Shown: positions 11,753 to 24,693, numbered from the stretch's first letter. The stretch is DNA of 64,000 nt from Pseudomonadota bacterium (GCA_027320085.1 DAHVLZ010000019.1:32001-96000); one strand, 5' to 3'. Notes: a model not told the origin generated them from the sequence alone. Numbers and translations are program-made.

Positions 11753-12998
11753 AATCCAGAGCTACACCCTGAACTTTGGACCGCAGCACCCGGCGGCGCA
11801 TGGCGTTTTGCGGCTGATTCTTGAGATGGATGGAGAGGTGATCCGGAAGGTCGATCCCCATATCGGTCTGCTGCATCGCGCCACTGAGAAGCTGGCGGAA
11901 AGCAAGCCGTTCAATCAGAGCATCGGCTACATGGACCGTCTGGATTATGTCTCCATGATGGTCAACGAACATGCCTACGTATTGGCCATCGAGAGACTGT
12001 TGGGAATCGAGATTCCCATCCGTGCCCGCTATATCCGCGTGCTTTTCGACGAACTGACCCGCATCACCAACCACCTGCTCTGGCTGGGCAGCCATGCACT
12101 GGATATCGGGGCCATGAGCGTGTTTTTGTATGCGTTCCGCGAGCGCGAAGACATCATGGATATGTATGAGGCGGTCTCCGGAGCGCGCCTGCACGCCACC
12201 TACTACCGGCCGGGCGGGGTCCACGCCGACCTGCCCGACCGCATGCCGCAGCATGCCCCGTCCCGCTGGCGATCAAAAAAGGAACAGGCGGAGCACAACC
12301 GCAATCGTGCGGGGTCCTTGATCGATTTCATCCGGGATTTTACGAAACGCCTGCCGGGGCGGATCGATGAGTTCGAAAATCTCCTCACGGATAACCGGAT
12401 CTGGAAGCAACGGACTGTCGGGATCGGTGTGGTCAGCCCGGAACGCGCCCTCCAGCTTGGATTCAGTGGTCCCATGCTCCGGGGTTCGGGAGTGGCCTGG
12501 GATCTCCGGCGAACTCAGCCCTACGAGGTTTATCCGGATCTTGAGTTCGATATTCCCGTCGGTCGTGAAGGTGACTGCTACGACCGTTATCTGGTGCGCA
12601 TCGAGGAGATGCGCCAGTCCAACCGGATCGTCAGCCAGTGTCTGGACTGGCTTGTGGACCACCCGGGACCGGTGATTCTCGACGACTACAAAATCGCGCC
12701 GCCGCCACGCACGGTCATGAAGCACGATATGGAAGCGCTTATCCACCATTTCAAGCTGTTCACGGAGGGCTATACGGTGCCGGCGGGCGAGACCTATGCC
12801 GCAGTTGAGCACCCGAAGGGAGAGTTTGGCATCTACCTCGTCTCTGACGGGGCCAACAAGCCCTACCGGCTCAAGATCCGGGCAGCGGGCTTCGCCCATC
12901 TGGCCGCGCTGGACGAAATGGCCCGTGGCCACATGATTCCTGACCTCGTGGCGATCATCGGCACGCAGGATATTGTTTTCGGGGAGATCGACCGGTGA
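11745..12998 (+). CDS. nuoD: NADH-quinone oxidoreductase subunit D
   Basis: [21 protein letters not shown]-terminal DIVFGEIDR. Confidence 0.97.
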   Translation: MTEIQSYTLNFGPQHPAAHGVLRLILEMDGEVIRKVDPHIGLLHRATEKLAESKPFNQSIGYMDRLDYVSMMVNEHAYVLAIERLLGIEIPIRARYIRVLFDELTRITNHLLWLGSHALDIGAMSVFLYAFREREDIMDMYEAVSGARLHATYYRPGGVHADLPDRMPQHAPSRWRSKKEQAEHNRNRAGSLIDFIRDFTKRLPGRIDEFENLLTDNRIWKQRTVGIGVVSPERALQLGFSGPMLRGSGVAWDLRRTQPYEVYPDLEFDIPVGREGDCYDRYLVRIEEMRQSNRIVSQCLDWLVDHPGPVILDDYKIAPPPRTVMKHDMEALIHHFKLFTEGYTVPAGETYAAVEHPKGEFGIYLVSDGANKPYRLKIRAAGFAHLAALDEMARGHMIPDLVAIIGTQDIVFGEIDR

Positions 12999-13486
12999 AT
13001 AAACCGACGACCTTGAGCCCGGAAATCTGCCGCGAGATTGACCACTGGATTGCCCAGTATCCGCCCGAGGGACGTCGTTCTGCGACCCTGGCGGCGTTGC
13101 GCATCGTTCAGGAGCATGAGGGGGGATGGATCCGCCCCGAGTCCATCCTGGCCATCGCCGAATACCTCGGGCTACCCCCGGTGGCGGTCGAGGAGGTGGC
13201 CCGCTTCTACTCCATGTACGAGCTCAAGCCGACCGCCCGGCACAGCGTTTCGGTTTGCACCAACGTGTCCTGTATGCTCTGCGGCTCCAGCACGATTCTG
13301 GACCATCTCGAAAAACGTCTCGGTATTCGTCCCGGACAGTCGACAGCAGATGGCCGTATCTACCTCAAGCCCGAGGAGGAGTGCCTTGCCGCCTGTGCGG
13401 GGGCGCCCATGATGATGGTCGACCATGTTTACTATGAGCACCTCACCCCGGAGCGGGTGGATGAAATCCTGGAGTCTCTCGAGTGA
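12995..13486 (+). CDS. nuoE: NADH-quinone oxidoreductase subunit E
   Basis: CTNVSC...[10 protein letters not shown] 2Fe-2S motif. Confidence 0.96.
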   Translation: MNKPTTLSPEICREIDHWIAQYPPEGRRSATLAALRIVQEHEGGWIRPESILAIAEYLGLPPVAVEEVARFYSMYELKPTARHSVSVCTNVSCMLCGSSTILDHLEKRLGIRPGQSTADGRIYLKPEEECLAACAGAPMMMVDHVYYEHLTPERVDEILESLE

Positions 13487-14805
13487 CCGGCGATAGCCAT
13501 GTGGGACCGCTCTGCTACGCTACCCTCGGCGAGCCCGAGCCGTGGAGCCTGGATACCTACCACCGGTTGGGGGGGTATCAGGCCTGGAAGAAAATCCTGA
13601 GCGGGCGGACGGCTCCTGCCACCATCGTCGAGCAAGTCAAGCAGTCGGGTCTGAGGGGACGTGGGGGCGCCGGTTTTCCCACGGGTGTCAAGTGGAGCTT
13701 CATGCCCCCGTCTCATCCGGGACCCAAGTACCTGGTCTGCAATTCGGATGAGAGCGAGCCTGGGACCTGCAAAGACCGGGATATCCTTCGATTCAACCCG
13801 CACGCACTCGTCGAGGGGATGGCGATTGCCTGTTACGCGATGGGAGTGCGGGTCGGATATAACTACATCCGGGGTGAGTTCCAGGATGAACCCTACCGCC
13901 GGTTCCGGACGGCGGTGGAGGAAGCCTATGCCGCGGGCTACCTGGGGGAAAACATCGGCGGCAGCGGAGCTTCGGTCGACCTCCGGATCCACCTCGGGGC
14001 GGGGGCCTACATTTGCGGGGAGGAGACCGCTCTCCTCGAGTCCCTCGAGGGCAAAAAGGGATTTCCACGTTTCAAGCCTCCCTTCCCGGCCTCTTTCGGA
14101 CTCTATGGGGCCCCCACCACGATCAACAACACGGAAACCCTGGCCTCCGTTCCCGGCATCCTGCGCGAGGGAGCCCAGTGGTTTCTCGGCATGGGGGTGA
14201 CCGGGGCTGGAGGACCCAAGATTTTCTCGGTGACCGGGCACGTCGCACGCCCGGGCAACTACGAGGTACCGCTCGGCACTCCATTCGCGGAACTGCTGAA
14301 GCTCGCGGGCGGTGTCCGCGCCGGACATCGGCTCAAGGCGGTGATTCCGGGTGGCTCTTCGGTCCCCGTTCTCCCGGGGGAGATCATGATGGAGACTCGG
14401 ATGGACTACGACAGCATCAAGCGGGCGGGCTCGCTCCTTGGCTCGGGTGCGGTCATCGTCATGGACGAGACCACCTGCATGGTCGAGGTGCTGGAACGGA
14501 TCAGCCGGTTTTATTATTCCGAATCCTGCGGGCAGTGCACCCCCTGCCGGGAGGGAACAGGCTGGCTGTACCGTATGGTCCGCGACATTGAAGCCGGGCG
14601 CGGCCACTCCCAGGATCTGGACCGTCTCGTGAAGGTGGCACACAACATCGAGGGACGCACGATCTGCGCGCTGGGGGATGCAGCCGCCATGCCGGTCTGG
14701 AGCTTTCTCCAGCATTTTGCCCCGGAGTTTGAAGCCCACATCAGCCACAAGGGTTGTCCATTCCGTAAATCGGAAGGGACATCCCGGGTCCGGTCGGTCG
14801 CATGA
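13483..14805 (+). CDS. nuoF: NADH-quinone oxidoreductase subunit F
   Basis: [41 protein letters not shown]. Confidence 0.97.
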   Translation: MTGDSHVGPLCYATLGEPEPWSLDTYHRLGGYQAWKKILSGRTAPATIVEQVKQSGLRGRGGAGFPTGVKWSFMPPSHPGPKYLVCNSDESEPGTCKDRDILRFNPHALVEGMAIACYAMGVRVGYNYIRGEFQDEPYRRFRTAVEEAYAAGYLGENIGGSGASVDLRIHLGAGAYICGEETALLESLEGKKGFPRFKPPFPASFGLYGAPTTINNTETLASVPGILREGAQWFLGMGVTGAGGPKIFSVTGHVARPGNYEVPLGTPFAELLKLAGGVRAGHRLKAVIPGGSSVPVLPGEIMMETRMDYDSIKRAGSLLGSGAVIVMDETTCMVEVLERISRFYYSESCGQCTPCREGTGWLYRMVRDIEAGRGHSQDLDRLVKVAHNIEGRTICALGDAAAMPVWSFLQHFAPEFEAHISHKGCPFRKSEGTSRVRSVA

Positions 14806-17204
14806 ACGGGAACGTGACACCCAAAACCATCCACCTCGAGATCAACGGGGTTGCCTGCGAGGCCCACCCGGGGGAGATGATTATCCAAGTCGCGGATCGG
14901 GCCGGAATTTACATTCCACGCTTTTGCTACCACCCGCACCTCAAAATTGCAGCTAACTGCCGGATGTGTCTGGTCGAGGTTGAAAAGGCACCCAAACCCC
15001 TCCCTGCCTGTGCGACCCCGGTGACCGAAGGGATGTGTGTCCGTACCCATTCGGATGCGGCGCTCCACTCCCAGCGGGCCACCATGGAGTTCCTCCTGAT
15101 CAACCACCCCCTGGACTGCCCGGTTTGCGACCAGGGGGGGGAGTGCGAACTCCAGGACCTGGCCATGGGCTATGGCTTCGATCATTCGCGCTACGAGGAG
15201 CCCAAGCGTGTGATCGCGGACGAGAGCCTGGGTCCCCTGGTCAGTACCGACATGACCCGCTGTATTTTTTGTTCCCGTTGTGTCCGCTTCCTTGAGGAAG
15301 TGGCCGGAGCCCAGGAGCTTGCCATCGTCGGTCGTGGGGAACGCTCCGCCGTAAGAAGCTTTCTTGCGGGTGAAATCACCTCGGAACTGTCCGGCAATAT
15401 CATTGACTTGTGTCCGGTAGGGGCGCTCAACTCCCGACCGTTCCGGTTTGCGGCACGGAGCTGGGAATTGCTCGCACTGCCGGGCATTTCTGCTCATGAT
15501 GCCATGGGATCGAATCTGTACGGCCACACCTTGCGGGGACGTCTCATGCGGGTTGTGCCGCGGCCTGCCGAGGGGCGCAATGAAACCTGGCTGTCAGACC
15601 GTGACCGTTTCAGTTATGCCGGTCTTTATCACGAGGATCGGCTGGGTTCGCCCAAGGTGCGCGAGGGTGGCGTGCTCCGGGAGGCTTCATGGGACGAGGC
15701 ACTCGGGGTCTGCGCGAAAAAATTGGCGGAGGCGGTTTCCCGGGACGGGCCGGAGTCGGTCGGAGCCCTGATCTCCCCGCAGGCCACGCTCGAGGAACTC
15801 TACCTCCACGAGAAGCTGCTGCGCGGACTCGGCGTTCGCAACATTGACGCCCGTCTGTACCGGGCGGATTTCCGGGATGGCCCGAGGGGGGCACGGGCCG
15901 AGGTGCCGGGTGTTCTTTCGGCAACCGAATGGGAAAGCCGCAAGGCCTATCTCTTGGTGGGGACCGATCTCCGGTCTGAATACCCCCTGATCAGCTGGAG
16001 ACTCAGGCGGGCCGCGGAAGCGGGTGCCCGTCTGGCTGCCCTGAATCCCGTGCAGTTTGAAAGCCGCCTGCCGCTCTTTTTTGATCGGCCGGTCGGCCCC
16101 TGGGGGCTCGTGGCGGTGCTCGCTGCACTGCTGGGGAGACTGGATCCGTCGAGTTTTTCGGGCCATCTGGCCTGGGCCGCCCCGTGGGCCGAAGAGTCGC
16201 GGCTTTCGGCTGCGGAGCTCGGAGCGCTCGGCGAAATCCTCTCCGCCGGTTCGGAGGCGGTTCTCGTCCTGGGAGAGTTGGTGGAAGCGCATCCGGAAGG
16301 CAGCCGGATCCGTGCCTTGGCGGCAGCCTTGGCGCAGGCCAGTGGCGCCCGGCTCATTGACCTCCCGGTTGGAGCCAATGCACTGGGTGCGGAACGGGTC
16401 GCCCGGTATTGGCCGGATCAAGGAGATCCGCTTCCCCGCCTCTTTGACCACCCCAAAAAGCTCTATTCCCTGTTCGGTGTTGAGCCGGAATTCGATCTCT
16501 GGGATGGGGATCGGGCAGTCCAGGCCATTGCCCAAGCGCCGGAACTCCTGGTTTTTGCCAGTTGGCTGGCCCCTTCCCACGCGGCCCACGCATCGGTGGT
16601 CCTCCCCATTGCGGCGATTCCGGAGACGGGTGGAACCTATGTTGATCTCGCCGGCGAGGAACAGGGTTTCGAAGCCATGGTCCCGCCTTGGGGAGAGGCC
16701 CGGACCGGATGGAAAATCCTCGCGGTGCTGGGGCAACGGCTTGGACTTTCCGGTTTCCACTACGAGCGGCGACAGGAAATTCTCGAGGAAATGAGAGCCC
16801 GCGGGAACCATCCGGTGAGTGGGGCCAAAGCTGGCGTTCCTGAACTCGAAGGCCAAACCGGACCCCGGGTTGTGCGCTTTCCGTACCGGATGGGACGCAG
16901 GGCCGTTTACGGAACCGATCCCTACGTTCGCCGGTCGGCCCCGCTCCAGCAAACCCCGCTGGCCCGTCTCTCGCGTACGCTGTTCATGCATCCGGATGAC
17001 GCACGGGAGCAGGGCATTCAGCCGGGAGCCCCGGTGCGGCCGGCCGGAAGGCCCGATGCTCCCGTGCTGACGGTGGCCGTGAGCAACCGCCTGCCCCGAG
17101 GGGCCGTCTGGCTGGATTCCGGAACCGAGAGTGCGGTCGGTTGGGGGCCGAACTGGGGGAGACTGGAACTGGATTTCCCGATCTCAACGGAAGTTCCGAC
17201 ATGA
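14802..17204 (+). CDS. nuoG: NADH-quinone oxidoreductase subunit G
   Basis: [41 protein letters not shown]. Confidence 0.96.
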   Translation: MNGNVTPKTIHLEINGVACEAHPGEMIIQVADRAGIYIPRFCYHPHLKIAANCRMCLVEVEKAPKPLPACATPVTEGMCVRTHSDAALHSQRATMEFLLINHPLDCPVCDQGGECELQDLAMGYGFDHSRYEEPKRVIADESLGPLVSTDMTRCIFCSRCVRFLEEVAGAQELAIVGRGERSAVRSFLAGEITSELSGNIIDLCPVGALNSRPFRFAARSWELLALPGISAHDAMGSNLYGHTLRGRLMRVVPRPAEGRNETWLSDRDRFSYAGLYHEDRLGSPKVREGGVLREASWDEALGVCAKKLAEAVSRDGPESVGALISPQATLEELYLHEKLLRGLGVRNIDARLYRADFRDGPRGARAEVPGVLSATEWESRKAYLLVGTDLRSEYPLISWRLRRAAEAGARLAALNPVQFESRLPLFFDRPVGPWGLVAVLAALLGRLDPSSFSGHLAWAAPWAEESRLSAAELGALGEILSAGSEAVLVLGELVEAHPEGSRIRALAAALAQASGARLIDLPVGANALGAERVARYWPDQGDPLPRLFDHPKKLYSLFGVEPEFDLWDGDRAVQAIAQAPELLVFASWLAPSHAAHASVVLPIAAIPETGGTYVDLAGEEQGFEAMVPPWGEARTGWKILAVLGQRLGLSGFHYERRQEILEEMRARGNHPVSGAKAGVPELEGQTGPRVVRFPYRMGRRAVYGTDPYVRRSAPLQQTPLARLSRTLFMHPDDAREQGIQPGAPVRPAGRPDAPVLTVAVSNRLPRGAVWLDSGTESAVGWGPNWGRLELDFPISTEVPT

Positions 17205-18238
17205 ATCCCTGGTTGACCGGACTCCTGTCGTGGTTCCTGCCCCGCCTGGTGGGCATCATTGTGGTTACGGTCGTGGTGATCCTGTCGGTGGCCTACCTGA
17301 CGTATGCCGAGCGCAAGATCATTGGATACATGCAGTTGAGGCTCGGACCCAACCGGGTTGGCAAATGGGGGTTGCTCCAGCCCTTTGCCGATGTATTCAA
17401 ACTTCTGCTCAAGGAAATCGTTTTTCCGGAACGCTCGAGCGTTACCTTGTTCGTGCTTGCGCCCATTCTCGCCATCGTGCCCGCGCTGGCCACCTGGGCC
17501 GTGATTCCTTTTGCCCCGCACGTCGTGCTGGCCAATCTCAATGCCGGCCTGATTTACATCCTGGCGCTGACTTCAATCGGCGTCTACGGCATTATCCTCG
17601 CGGGCTGGGCGTCGAACTCCAAGTATGCGCTTCTGGGAGCCATGCGATCAGCGGCCCAGATCGTCTCCTACGAGATTGCCATGGGTTTTGCCCTGATTGG
17701 TGTGGTCATGGCGGCCCGCACCCTCAACCTCGAGGCCATCGTCCGGGACCAGTCTGGCGGCATCGGGCACTGGTACTTCATCCCGCTCCTGCCACTCTTT
17801 GTCGTGTATTTCGTCTCCGGTGTGGCTGAGACGAATCGTGCTCCTTTTGATGTGGCCGAGGGCGAATCCGAGCTGGTTGCCGGTTTCCACGTGGAGTATT
17901 CAGGCACCACCTTTGCGGTGTTTTTTCTCGCCGAGTACGCCAATATGATTTTGGTCTCGGCTCTGGCTGCGACCCTGTTTCTCGGGGGCTGGTCGTCACC
18001 CTTGGCCGGGACCGGCGTTCCGTTGCTGGCCGCCAGCGGGCTCGCCTGGCTGGCGGCCAAAATCGCGGTCCTGCTGTTTGTCTTCTTGTGGCTCCGCGCG
18101 ACTTTCCCGCGCTACCGCTACGACCAGATCATGCGGCTCGGCTGGAAAGTCTTCATTCCGCTGACCTTGGTCTGGCTCGGTGTTGAATCACTCCTGATCG
18201 TGGGCCAGGTGGGGCCCTGGTTCCGGGGAGGTCTCTGA
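17201..18238 (+). CDS. nuoH: NADH-quinone oxidoreductase subunit H
   Basis: [43 protein letters not shown]. Confidence 0.97.
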   Translation: MNPWLTGLLSWFLPRLVGIIVVTVVVILSVAYLTYAERKIIGYMQLRLGPNRVGKWGLLQPFADVFKLLLKEIVFPERSSVTLFVLAPILAIVPALATWAVIPFAPHVVLANLNAGLIYILALTSIGVYGIILAGWASNSKYALLGAMRSAAQIVSYEIAMGFALIGVVMAARTLNLEAIVRDQSGGIGHWYFIPLLPLFVVYFVSGVAETNRAPFDVAEGESELVAGFHVEYSGTTFAVFFLAEYANMILVSALAATLFLGGWSSPLAGTGVPLLAASGLAWLAAKIAVLLFVFLWLRATFPRYRYDQIMRLGWKVFIPLTLVWLGVESLLIVGQVGPWFRGGL

Positions 18239-18726
18239 TGAACCGGATCCGGCATTTTTTCAGAAGCTTTCTCCTGGTCGAACTGTTGACGGGTCTGGGT
18301 GTGACCTTCCGGGAGTTCGTTACACGCAAGTTTACGCTTCGTTACCCGGATGAAAAAACGCCCCAGTCGCCACGCTTCCGGGGCCTCCATGCGCTTCGGC
18401 GGTACCCCAATGGCGAGGAACGATGCATCGCCTGCAAGCTCTGCGAGGCAGTCTGCCCCGCCTTGGCCATCACGATCGATTCGGAACGTCGTGCCGATGG
18501 AACCCGGCGGACGACCCGCTACGATATTGACCTCTTCAAGTGCATTTATTGCGGATTCTGTGAGGAGGCGTGCCCTGTCGATTCGATTGTCGAGACCCGG
18601 ATTTACGAATTCCATTTTGAGGCCCGGGGCCAGCAGATCATGACCAAGGAAAAACTGCTGGCGATCGGGGACAAGTTCGAGGCCCAGATCGCCCGTGACC
18701 GCGAGCAGGACGCGGTTTATCGGTAG
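18238..18726 (+). CDS. nuoI: NADH-quinone oxidoreductase subunit I
   Basis: [12 protein letters not shown] and [12 protein letters not shown]. Confidence 0.97.
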   Translation: MNRIRHFFRSFLLVELLTGLGVTFREFVTRKFTLRYPDEKTPQSPRFRGLHALRRYPNGEERCIACKLCEAVCPALAITIDSERRADGTRRTTRYDIDLFKCIYCGFCEEACPVDSIVETRIYEFHFEARGQQIMTKEKLLAIGDKFEAQIARDREQDAVYR

Positions 18727-18735
18727 GGGGAAGCC

Positions 18736-19359
18736 ATGAGTCCTTCCGCTTGGCTGCAAGAGACGGTGTTCTGGTTTTTTGGGGCGGTGCTCGTCATTGC
18801 CGCCTTGCGCGTCATCACGGCCAGGCACCCGGTCCACGCCGCCCTGTTTCTCGTGCTCTGCTTTTTCAACACCGCTGTCCTCTGGATCCTGTCGGGGGCC
18901 GAGTTTCTGGGCTTGGTCCTGATCCTGATCTACGTCGGCGCCGTCCTTGTGCTTTTGCTGTTCGTGGTCATGATGCTGGATGTCGAGGTGGCGAAGCTCC
19001 GTGAGGGTTTTGTCCGTCATGCCCCGCTCGGGGCGGTGATCGCCTGCCTGCTTGTCTTTGAACTGGCTTATGTGTTCTGGGCCCATGCCCTGGGTTTCCA
19101 CGCCTTGGGACACCTGCCCCGGGTTGCGGCCACGCATAACAACACCCGGGCACTCGGAACCACGCTCTATCGCCATGACCTTTACCCCTTTGAACTGGCC
19201 GGCATGATTCTTCTGGTCGGCCTGATTGCCGCGATTCTCTTGACCCTGCGCCGCCGCCCCGGGATCCGGAGCCAGAATCCGGCCCAGCAGGTTCTGGTGC
19301 GGGCTCGGGACCGGATCCGTCTGGTTTCCCTTCCCTCCGGTCGGCGTCCCTCGTCATGA
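18736..19359 (+). CDS. nuoJ: NADH-quinone oxidoreductase subunit J
   Basis: [24 protein letters not shown]. Confidence 0.96.
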   Translation: MSPSAWLQETVFWFFGAVLVIAALRVITARHPVHAALFLVLCFFNTAVLWILSGAEFLGLVLILIYVGAVLVLLLFVVMMLDVEVAKLREGFVRHAPLGAVIACLLVFELAYVFWAHALGFHALGHLPRVAATHNNTRALGTTLYRHDLYPFELAGMILLVGLIAAILLTLRRRPGIRSQNPAQQVLVRARDRIRLVSLPSGRRPSS

Positions 19360-19661
19360 TCACACTCACCGACTATCTCATTCTCGGGGCCCTTCTGTTT
19401 GCCATTGCAGTGATGGGCCTGTTCATCAACCGCAAGAACCTGGTCGTGCTGTTGATGTGTGTGGAGTTGATGTTATTGGCGGTCAATATCAATTTTGTGG
19501 CGTTTTCCCGCTACCTCGAGAACCGGACCGGCCAGATTTTCGTCTTCTTCGTGCTGACCGTGGCGGCTGCGGAGTCCGCGATCGGATTGGCGCTGCTCGT
19601 CGTGGTTTTCCGGCACCGCCGGAGTATCAACGTCCAGGATCTGGACCAGCTCAAGGGCTAG
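19356..19661 (+). CDS. nuoK: NADH-quinone oxidoreductase subunit K
   Basis: [21 protein letters not shown]. Confidence 0.97.
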   Translation: MITLTDYLILGALLFAIAVMGLFINRKNLVVLLMCVELMLLAVNINFVAFSRYLENRTGQIFVFFVLTVAAAESAIGLALLVVVFRHRRSINVQDLDQLKG

Positions 19662-21626
19662 ATGATGATGGGGCTCGTACTCACGATTGTTCTACTGCCG
19701 CTTGCGGCCGCCGCACTCACGGGCTTGGCGGGGCGAAGGATTGGCCGCCGGCTGACACATGCATTGACGGTAGCCGCAGTCGGTGTGTCGTGGGTGTTAT
19801 CCCTTTTCCTTCTGGAGCGGGTGATCGGGGGTGCGCGACTGGATCGTGTGCTCTACACGTGGATGGTGAGTGGCGGGGTCCGCTTCCCGATCGGGTTTTT
19901 GATCGACCCCCTGAGTGCCCTCATGATTTCGGTTGTGACCTTTGTGTCGTTCGCCGTTCATGTCTATAGCATCGGTTACATGAGGGGTGACCCCGGGGAG
20001 ATCCGCTTTTTCAGCTATATCTCGCTTTTTACTTTTGCCATGCTGCTGCTTGTCACGGCCAACAACTTTCTGCAGCTTTTTATCGGCTGGGAAGGTGTGG
20101 GACTCGTTTCCTACCTCCTGATCGGGTTCTGGTTTGAAAAACCCTCGGCCTCGGCTGCGGCCCTCAAGGCCTTTCTGGTCAACCGGGTGGGTGACTGCGG
20201 CTTTGTCCTGGGCATTGCCCTCCTGCTTCATGAGACCGGCTCACTCAGCTATTCCACCCTGTTCGCTTGGGCTCCCAAGCTGGTCGGGAGAACCATCGGC
20301 CTGGGCCTCGGTCTCCACCTCCCGGTTCTCGACCTGATGGGGGTCCTCTTGTTCGTGGGAGCCATGGCGAAGTCCGCCCAGATCCCGCTCCATGTCTGGT
20401 TGCCGGACTCCATGGAAGGTCCCACGCCGATTTCCGCCCTCATCCATGCAGCCACCATGGTCACCGCCGGGATTTTTATGGTGGCCCGTCTGTCCCCGTT
20501 CTACGTCGAGGCTCCGGGTGCGCTGAGCGTCATTCTCGTGATTGGTTCACTCTCGGCCCTGTTCATGGGACTTTTGGGCATTGTCGCGACGGACATCAAG
20601 CGGGTGATTGCCTACTCGACCCTCTCCCAGTTGGGTTACATGACCGCAGCCCTCGGTGCCTCGGCTTTTGCGGCCGGTATCTTTCATCTGGTGACCCACG
20701 CCTTCTTCAAGGCGCTTCTCTTCCTGGCAGCCGGCTCCGTGATCCTGGGCATGCATCATGAGCAGGACATGCGCAAGATGGGGGGGCTTCGCCGGTATAT
20801 GCCCATCACCTATATCACCTTCCTGGTCGGTTCCCTGGCTCTCGTGGCCTTCCCGGGTTTTGCGGGATATTTTTCGAAAGATGCCCTGATCGAGGCAGTC
20901 GGGCATTCGCGCATTCCCGGCGCCGGGGTGGCCTACCTCCTTCTGGTTCTCAGCGTATTCGTCACCGCCCTTTACACCTTCCGCATGTTTTTCATGGTCT
21001 TTCACGGGGAGGAGCGCATGGATGCAAAGACCCGTGAACATCTTCATGAGAGCCCGTGGGTCGTGACCCTGCCGCTCATCCTCCTGGCCATTCCCTCCCT
21101 CGGGGCCGGTTGGATCCTGTTCCATCCGCTGCTGGGCGGTGGCTATTGGGGTGGGGTGCTGGCCAATGTCGCAGGTAACCGGGCACTGGCTTCCTTCCGG
21201 ACGGAGAGTGCCTGGCAGTTCTTTCTCGGCGCCTTCACCTCTCCCACTTTTTATCTCATGCTGGCCGGCATCGGGGTTGCCGCCTATGGCTATCTCCTGC
21301 GACCCCGCTGGCCCGCCGCGGTCGCCGACCGTCTGGCTTCTCTCTACCGGATCCTCCTCGCGGGTTATGGATTTGACCGGCTTTACCTCTGGTTCGGAAC
21401 CCGGGTCTCACCGGGGATGGGCCGGTTCCTTTGGCGGCATGGGGATGAACAGGCCATTGACGGTCTTGCGGTCAATGGAACCGCCCATGGGGTGGGACGC
21501 ATCGGATCATGGGTGAGGCGGTTACAGACCGGACTTCTTTACCAGTACGCCTTCACCCTGGTGGCCGCCCTCGTCGTTTTGGTGTTCTGGGCCCTCATCC
21601 GCTCTCCGGGGGGGATTTTGGGATGA
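19662..21626 (+). CDS. nuoL: NADH-quinone oxidoreductase subunit L
   Basis: GWEGVG, KSAQIPLHVWLPDSMEGPTP, HAFFKALLFL. Confidence 0.97.
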   Translation: MMMGLVLTIVLLPLAAAALTGLAGRRIGRRLTHALTVAAVGVSWVLSLFLLERVIGGARLDRVLYTWMVSGGVRFPIGFLIDPLSALMISVVTFVSFAVHVYSIGYMRGDPGEIRFFSYISLFTFAMLLLVTANNFLQLFIGWEGVGLVSYLLIGFWFEKPSASAAALKAFLVNRVGDCGFVLGIALLLHETGSLSYSTLFAWAPKLVGRTIGLGLGLHLPVLDLMGVLLFVGAMAKSAQIPLHVWLPDSMEGPTPISALIHAATMVTAGIFMVARLSPFYVEAPGALSVILVIGSLSALFMGLLGIVATDIKRVIAYSTLSQLGYMTAALGASAFAAGIFHLVTHAFFKALLFLAAGSVILGMHHEQDMRKMGGLRRYMPITYITFLVGSLALVAFPGFAGYFSKDALIEAVGHSRIPGAGVAYLLLVLSVFVTALYTFRMFFMVFHGEERMDAKTREHLHESPWVVTLPLILLAIPSLGAGWILFHPLLGGGYWGGVLANVAGNRALASFRTESAWQFFLGAFTSPTFYLMLAGIGVAAYGYLLRPRWPAAVADRLASLYRILLAGYGFDRLYLWFGTRVSPGMGRFLWRHGDEQAIDGLAVNGTAHGVGRIGSWVRRLQTGLLYQYAFTLVAALVVLVFWALIRSPGGILG

Positions 21627-23134
21627 CGCACGGACCTTGGCTCAGCTTCCTGATCTGGATCCCGGTGCTGGGGGGGGTGCTCCTGCTTTTGCCCGGCTGG
21701 AAAAACCCGATCCTGAGACGCAGCTTTGCGCTGACCGTTTCTTTGCTGACTTTCGCGCTCAGCCTCTGGGTTGGGTTCCACTTTGAGGACCGGACGGCAG
21801 CCATGCAGTTTGTTGAGCGGGTGCCCTGGATCCCGTTCCTGCATGCCAACTACCATCTGGGGATCGATGGAATCTCGCTGCCGTTCTTGGTCCTCACGAC
21901 TTTCAGTACGGTCCTCGTGATTCTCGCCGGCTGGCGGATCATCGACTACCGCCAAGCCGGCTACTTCGCTGCGTTCCTCATCATGGAAGGTTTCATGAAC
22001 GGCGTATTCTCGGCACTCGACGGACTGTTGTTCTACTTTTTCTGGGAAGCCATGCTGATCCCGATGTTTTTGATCATCGGGATCTGGGGCGGTCCCCGGC
22101 GAATTTATGCCAGCTTCAAGTTTTTTCTCTACACCTTCCTGGGGTCGGTCCTCATGCTGGTGGCCCTCATCTACCTGGGCCAGCGTGTCGGCAGCTATGA
22201 TCTTTTGGCCTTTCAACGCGCACCTTTGGGACTGGGTGTGCAGATCTGGATTTTCATTGCCTTTCTTGTGGCCTTTGCCGTCAAGGTCCCCATGTGGCCG
22301 GTTCATACCTGGCTGCCGGATGCTCATGTCGAGGCACCGACCGGCGGATCCGTGATCCTCGCGGCGATCATGCTCAAGATGGGGGCATACGGCTTCCTGC
22401 GCCTGTCATTGCCCATTGCCCCGGATGCCAGCCGGTACTTTGCCGGACTCATGGTGGCTTTGTCGCTGGTGGCCATTCTCTATATCGGCTTCGTGGCCTT
22501 GGTCCAGACCGACATGAAGAAGCTGATTGCCTACTCGTCGATCGTGCACATGGGCTTTGTGACCCTGGGATTCTTTGCGCTTTATTTCATGATGGGTGCC
22601 TTCACGACCGAGGCTGCCCGGATGGGGGTGGAGGGGGGGATTTTCCAGATGATCTCCCATGGGCTGGTTTCGGCCGCGCTTTTCCTGTCGGTGGGTGTGC
22701 TCTATGACCGACTCCATTCACGCGAGATCGGAACTTACGGTGGGGTGGCCAAGGTGATGCCCGCGTTCGGTGCGTTGTTCGTCTTTTTCGCCATGGCGAA
22801 TGTGGGTTTGCCCGGAACGAGCGGGTTTGTGGGGGAGTTTCAGGTGATTCTCTCCACCTGGCAGGCCAACCCGTGGTGGAGCCTCGGGGCAGCGCTCAAC
22901 CTGATCATTGGTGCCGGTTTTACCCTGTGGCTCATGAAACGGGTGGTTTTCGGTCCGGTCCAGAGCGGGGCGGTTTCTGGATTGCCCGGTCTCGACTGGC
23001 GGGAGCGGCTGGTCTTGTTCAGCCTCGCTGTGCCGGTGCTCGTTTTGGGTCTGTGGCCGGCCCCTGTCATGAACGTCATGCGGGCTTCGGTGGCTCACCT
23101 GGTCCGTCAAGCCCTCGCGACGAAGATCGGATGA
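21623..23134 (+). CDS. nuoM: NADH-quinone oxidoreductase subunit M
   Basis: FWEAMLIPM, KVPMWPVHTWLPDAHVEAP, GLPGTSGFVGE. Confidence 0.97.
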   Translation: MTHGPWLSFLIWIPVLGGVLLLLPGWKNPILRRSFALTVSLLTFALSLWVGFHFEDRTAAMQFVERVPWIPFLHANYHLGIDGISLPFLVLTTFSTVLVILAGWRIIDYRQAGYFAAFLIMEGFMNGVFSALDGLLFYFFWEAMLIPMFLIIGIWGGPRRIYASFKFFLYTFLGSVLMLVALIYLGQRVGSYDLLAFQRAPLGLGVQIWIFIAFLVAFAVKVPMWPVHTWLPDAHVEAPTGGSVILAAIMLKMGAYGFLRLSLPIAPDASRYFAGLMVALSLVAILYIGFVALVQTDMKKLIAYSSIVHMGFVTLGFFALYFMMGAFTTEAARMGVEGGIFQMISHGLVSAALFLSVGVLYDRLHSREIGTYGGVAKVMPAFGALFVFFAMANVGLPGTSGFVGEFQVILSTWQANPWWSLGAALNLIIGAGFTLWLMKRVVFGPVQSGAVSGLPGLDWRERLVLFSLAVPVLVLGLWPAPVMNVMRASVAHLVRQALATKIG

Positions 23135-23165
23135 GGGGAGAGATGATGAGCCGGGGACACGCATC

Positions 23166-24608
23166 ATGATGTCTTTTTCAGCCATGGCTCCGGAAATTTG
23201 GATTGCCATCGGAGTGCTCGCGGTGGTGGGATTCGAGGCCCTGAGGTCGCGCCTGCCCGGGGATTTCTTGAAAACGGCAATTCCGGCCACGGCGCTATTG
23301 GCTCTGGCACTGGCCCTGATCGAGGCCCTGTTCTGGAATGGAGCCAGCCAAGGCGTGTTTTACGATGGAAGCCTCGTGATCGACGCGTTCTCGAGGGTTT
23401 TTGTCGCTGCGGCCTGCTTGGGTGCCTTGATCATCCTGTTTTACTCGGTGGCTGACATGGAGCGTCATGGCCTTGGGGGAGGGGAGTACCATGCCCTCGT
23501 GCTGACAGCAACGCTTGGTGTGGTCGTGATCATCACGGCCGCGAACCTCCTTGTTCTCTATCTCGGTCTCGAGTTGCTTTCCCTTTCCCTCTATACCCTG
23601 ATTTCGATTGATCGGGAACGAATTCCGGCTGCTGAAGCCGCGATGAAGTATTTTTTCCTTGGCGCCATCGCCTCCGGTGTTCTGCTTTATGGTTTGTCCC
23701 TGCTTTATGGATTGAGCGGCACGCTCTCGATTGCCGGACTGTCAGTCGATTTGATGGCGATGGGTTCCGGCACCATGCTGGCGTGGGTTGCCGCCGTTTT
23801 CGTGCTGGTTGCACTGTCCTTCAAGTTTGGGGCGGCACCCTTTCACATGTGGGTACCCGATGTCTACGAAGGCGCGCCTACCCCGATCACCCTCTTCGTG
23901 GCGACCCTGCCGGAACTGGCCTCCATTGCCCTCTTTGTCCGCCTGCTCAGTTCGGGTCTCGCCCCGCTGGTCCGTGACTGGAGCGCCATGCTCGTCGGGA
24001 TCGCGGTCCTGTCGCTTCTGGTGGGCAACCTGGGTGCGCTCTTCCAGACCAACTTCAAGCGTCTCCTGGCCTATTCGGCGATTGGGCATGTTGGATTTAT
24101 CCTGCTGGGCATCGCAACTGGGACGCTCCGTGGCGAGGTGGCTGCGGTTTACTACACGCTGGTCTACGTACTGATGACGGCGGTTGCCTTTGGTCTTCTT
24201 CTGGCTCTCCGGGCACGGGGTCAGGATATTGAGGCGATTGATGACCTTGCAGGACTGGGCCAGTCCCAGCCCTGGTGGTCCCTACTCATGCTTTTTGCCA
24301 TGTTTTCACTGGCTGGAGTCCCTCCCTTTGTGGGGTTCTGGGCCAAGTTGGCCGTGTTGCGGGCGCTCTTGAGTGCCGGTTTCCCCCCCGTGGCGATTTT
24401 TGCTGTCCTGATGGCGGTCATCGGCGCTTTTTACTACCTGCGGGTCGTCAAGATCATGTACTTTGACCGAACCGACCGGCCGCGGGCCACGGGGAATTTC
24501 TGGAATGTGCCCAATCTCATTCTCTCGCTCAACGGGCTCGCCCTTTTCATTCTGGGGCTTGTCCCGAGCGCCTTATGGGGGCTTTGCGCCTGGGCGATTC
24601 GGCATTAG
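23166..24608 (+). CDS. nuoN: NADH-quinone oxidoreductase subunit N
   Basis: EAAMKYF, FKFGAAPFHMWVPDVYEGAP, SLAGVPPF.GF.AK. Confidence 0.97.
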   Translation: MMSFSAMAPEIWIAIGVLAVVGFEALRSRLPGDFLKTAIPATALLALALALIEALFWNGASQGVFYDGSLVIDAFSRVFVAAACLGALIILFYSVADMERHGLGGGEYHALVLTATLGVVVIITAANLLVLYLGLELLSLSLYTLISIDRERIPAAEAAMKYFFLGAIASGVLLYGLSLLYGLSGTLSIAGLSVDLMAMGSGTMLAWVAAVFVLVALSFKFGAAPFHMWVPDVYEGAPTPITLFVATLPELASIALFVRLLSSGLAPLVRDWSAMLVGIAVLSLLVGNLGALFQTNFKRLLAYSAIGHVGFILLGIATGTLRGEVAAVYYTLVYVLMTAVAFGLLLALRARGQDIEAIDDLAGLGQSQPWWSLLMLFAMFSLAGVPPFVGFWAKLAVLRALLSAGFPPVAIFAVLMAVIGAFYYLRVVKIMYFDRTDRPRATGNFWNVPNLILSLNGLALFILGLVPSALWGLCAWAIRH

Positions 24609-24693
24609 CCGGGCTGGGTGGGATCAAACCAGAGGAGGGGATCGTTATTCACCCCATTCCTTGGGGACAGGGAGGCTTTGGACTGAGGTTAAA

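Noticed and set aside
13432-16991. Long antisense ORFs (462, 337, 434 aa) over nuoF/nuoG
   Set aside because: Shadow ORFs opposite well-supported genes.
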